Shown: one piece after another, positions 61,909-64,000 of the stretch
How the letters are laid out: every line of letters begins with the position of its first letter
How positions within the stretch are numbered: position 1 is the first letter of the stretch
NCBI GenBank assembly: GCA_964639785.1
Contig: CAZXEE010000001.1
Location: 455,701-519,700, forward strand
Direction of reading: 5' to 3'
Length of the DNA stretch: 64,000 nucleotides
From: an uncultured Gammaproteobacteria bacterium
GTDB lineage: Bacteria; Patescibacteriota; Patescibacteriia; Patescibacteriales; UBA12465
Notes under the pieces: generated by a model
Told to the model about the DNA's origin: nothing
What the model saw: the letters and a program-made list of their open reading frames with translations, nothing else
Database searches by the model: none
Position numbers and translations under genes: made by a program

Positions 61909-63108
61909 TTATTTCCATTTTAACTTAGCTAAATTACTATCTTTCAATTCCGGTGGCAGATATTCCTGTCGGCTACTATCTTCCATCGGCGTATATTTAT
62001 ACCCTTTGCTATAACCCAAATCCTTCATTAATCCAGTCGGAGCGTTCCGGAGATGGAGCGGAACCGGCAATGAGCCGCTATCTTCCACTTCTTGTTTGGC
62101 TACGTCATAAGCATGATAAGCAGCGATACTTTTAGGCGATTTAGCCAGATAGACCACCAATTGAGCCAGATGAACCTTGCATTCCGGCAAACCCAACTTG
62201 TGGCAAGAATCAAACACCGCATTAGCCAGCATCAAAGCGCTATTGTTGGCCAAGCCGACATCTTCACTGGCAAAACGAAGCAAGCGTCGAGCCACATAAA
62301 GCGGGTCTTCTCCGCCCTCCATCATGCGAGCCAACCAATAAAGTGAAGCATTGGCATCACCGCCGCGCATCGATTTATGCAAAGCGGAAATCAGATTATA
62401 ATGCTGCTCTCCTGATTTATCATATAACAAATTCGGCTTATTAATAATCTCTTTGACAGTCTCCATAGTAGGGCTAAGACCCTGGCTCAAGACTGCTTCT
62501 AATATATTGAGAGCGGCTCGGGCATCACCATCGGCATAACGGGCTATAACCGAAACCACTTCAGCCTTTACCTTGACCTTCAGTTTCTTGGCAGCACTCT
62601 TGATTATCATCTCCAAGTCCTGCGGCAACAAAGAATCTAAAACCACCACCTTAGCCCGAGACAGCAAAGCGGAGTTCAAGGCAAAGCTAGGGTTCTCTGT
62701 TGTAGCCCCGATCAATATCAAGCGGCCATTTTCCACCTCAGGCAACAAGGCATCTTGCTGAGCTTTGTTCCAACGATGGATTTCATCAACAAACAAGATA
62801 GTCTTGATCTTCATCCGGGAATTAATCTCTGCTCTCTCAACGATCTGGCGCAAATCTTTGACACCGCTGTTAACCGCTGATAACTGCAAAAAATCAGCCT
62901 GAGTTTCTTTGGCAATGATCAAAGCCAAAGTAGTCTTGCCGGTTCCAGGCGGCCCCCAAAAAATCAAGGATGGCACCCGATCATTCTTGATAGCCAGATA
63001 AAGGAAGCCGGATTTACTCAGGATGTTTTCATGTCCGACAAAATCAGCCAATTTTTGAGGCCGGAAATAGGTAGCTAGAGGCAGGTTAGTAACTTTATCC
63101 ATAAGCAT
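61909..63108 (-). CDS. rarA: Replication-associated recombination protein A (RarA/MgsA AAA+ ATPase)
   Basis: FWGPPGTGKTTLA, FVDEIHRWNK, GATTENP and C-terminal SALHKSMRGGDANASLYW match RarA. Confidence 0.9.
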   Translation of the reverse strand: MLMDKVTNLPLATYFRPQKLADFVGHENILSKSGFLYLAIKNDRVPSLIFWGPPGTGKTTLALIIAKETQADFLQLSAVNSGVKDLRQIVERAEINSRMKIKTILFVDEIHRWNKAQQDALLPEVENGRLILIGATTENPSFALNSALLSRAKVVVLDSLLPQDLEMIIKSAAKKLKVKVKAEVVSVIARYADGDARAALNILEAVLSQGLSPTMETVKEIINKPNLLYDKSGEQHYNLISALHKSMRGGDANASLYWLARMMEGGEDPLYVARRLLRFASEDVGLANNSALMLANAVFDSCHKLGLPECKVHLAQLVVYLAKSPKSIAAYHAYDVAKQEVEDSGSLPVPLHLRNAPTGLMKDLGYSKGYKYTPMEDSSRQEYLPPELKDSNLAKLKWK

Positions 63109-63153
63109 AATTTATATAAATATTATAACATAAAAAATCGATATACCATAAAT

Positions 63154-63185
63154 AAAAAAACCTCCCTTTTTGAGAGGTTTTTTGG
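63154..63185 (-). terminator. Rho-independent terminator after the YfiH-like gene
   Basis: Stem aaaaacctc / gaggttttt with a 9-nt loop. A/T runs on both sides. Confidence 0.65.
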
Positions 63186-63189
63186 CAAA

Positions 63190-63906
63190 TCAGCCCGGTT
63201 TTACAAACAATAAGTTGTTTGGATGGCCATGGTCGCCTAGCCGGCTTTCTGAGTGAAAGAAATACCCAGACTCAAACTGACTATGACAAGAACAGAGATT
63301 TGTGGAATTGATATGAGCCTCTCTTATTCCCAAACTAATCAATCGGGATGAGAGATTGTTCCTCAAATCAATCTTCCTGTTCTCGACCATCAAATAATTG
63401 AACAGGTCTTTGCGCGGATGGAAGCAATCGCGGCATAATCCAGACCAGATCCAGGCTAAAGTTTCAGAATTGTCATTGTCAAACCGATTCTTGAGCATCA
63501 CGACAGTGGAACGGACCAAATCCAGGATAATGTTTTCCCAACTGCCATTGACCAGGGCTATCAAACCTGATCTGGGATTAGAAATAATCACCACCGGATC
63601 GTCACCGGCAGCCATAATCATGACCGGAGAAAAACCTTTGTCCTGGCCCGGAAGAATCATCACATCATCGGAATAATAATTCCGATTTTGGTTGGAATTT
63701 AGAACTACTATTTTGCCCAATCTCTTCGGATCAGACCTGACAAAATAGCCGCCCTCTAAAAGTTGTAGCAAATACTCTTCTGACGAAAAAAATTCGCCCT
63801 GTTCTGGAACCTTGAAATTAGCGGTCGTAATGCCAGCCACCAAGCCTAGGCCCTGGAAATAAAGCAGGTCCTTAGACCTAGAAAGCTCGATGTTCCTTTG
63901 GCTCAT
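63190..63906 (-). CDS. Divergent YfiH/PgeF (DUF152, polyphenol-oxidase-like) family protein with substituted catalytic positions
   Basis: 238 aa. By eye, MAAGDDPVVII aligns with tADCvPvl, ALVNGSWEN with aHAGWRG, and the C-terminal CSCH...YFFHSESR with CT...fFSyRR. The family call is tentative. Confidence 0.45.
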   Translation of the reverse strand: MSQRNIELSRSKDLLYFQGLGLVAGITTANFKVPEQGEFFSSEEYLLQLLEGGYFVRSDPKRLGKIVVLNSNQNRNYYSDDVMILPGQDKGFSPVMIMAAGDDPVVIISNPRSGLIALVNGSWENIILDLVRSTVVMLKNRFDNDNSETLAWIWSGLCRDCFHPRKDLFNYLMVENRKIDLRNNLSSRLISLGIREAHINSTNLCSCHSQFESGYFFHSESRLGDHGHPNNLLFVKPG

Positions 63907-64000
63907 AAAAACCTCCTTTCTTATTTGATTGTTTATTTTAAAGAACTAATGCCAAGAAAATTTTTCAAAATGGATAGCGGCCGTAGACACTCCTAAATGC

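Noticed and set aside
1-64000. I looked for CRISPR arrays, rRNA genes, transposases or integrases, reverse transcriptases and prophage structural genes.
   Set aside because: I saw no regularly spaced direct repeats and no rRNA-like conserved stretches. None of the translated ORFs shows DDE, tyrosine or serine recombinase, or RT (YxDD) motifs. This was a visual scan only.

Overview
This is a gene-dense 64-kb chromosomal segment. I call about 68 CDS, one tRNA-Gln and one pseudogene. I saw no rRNA, CRISPR array, integrase or transposase. About 63 CDS lie on the minus strand. The standard genetic code applies, since TGA, TAA and TAG all terminate the ORFs. The sequence is low-GC. Sampled genes have no Shine-Dalgarno sequence, and several have extended -10 promoters (TGnTATAAT). 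Hairpin terminators are clear. The gene content (large type IV pilin, SIMPL, PspC and Gmad2 envelope proteins, shortened UvrABC, GlmU N-terminal half only, salvage enzymes) suggests a streamlined Patescibacteria/CPR-like bacterium; that is inference only. Recognisable housekeeping genes are rplK-rplA, uppP, engB, pepF, cspA, prs, lysS, greA, uvrC-uvrA-uvrB, rlmH and rarA. The region most worth follow-up is a visibly AT-richer stretch of about 10 kb (about 29.2-39.2 kb) lying just downstream of the 3' end of tRNA-Gln(CUG). It encodes a 1,676-aa protein whose C-terminal part carries an ordered ExE / HE / H / ExR motif set typical of glutamine-synthetase-like amidoligases. Its neighbours are a thermolysin-like HExxH...NEAxTD protein, a possible minimal kinase-like protein, a glycine-zipper membrane protein, a 123-aa K+ channel and a decayed methyltransferase gene. 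Other items are a pilin / ABC exporter / radical-SAM-SPASM gene string with no visible precursor peptide, two sensor proteins that lack any output domain but share a C-terminal motif, and matched domain losses across UvrA, UvrB and UvrC. All functional calls come from reading the translations by eye. No database search was run.
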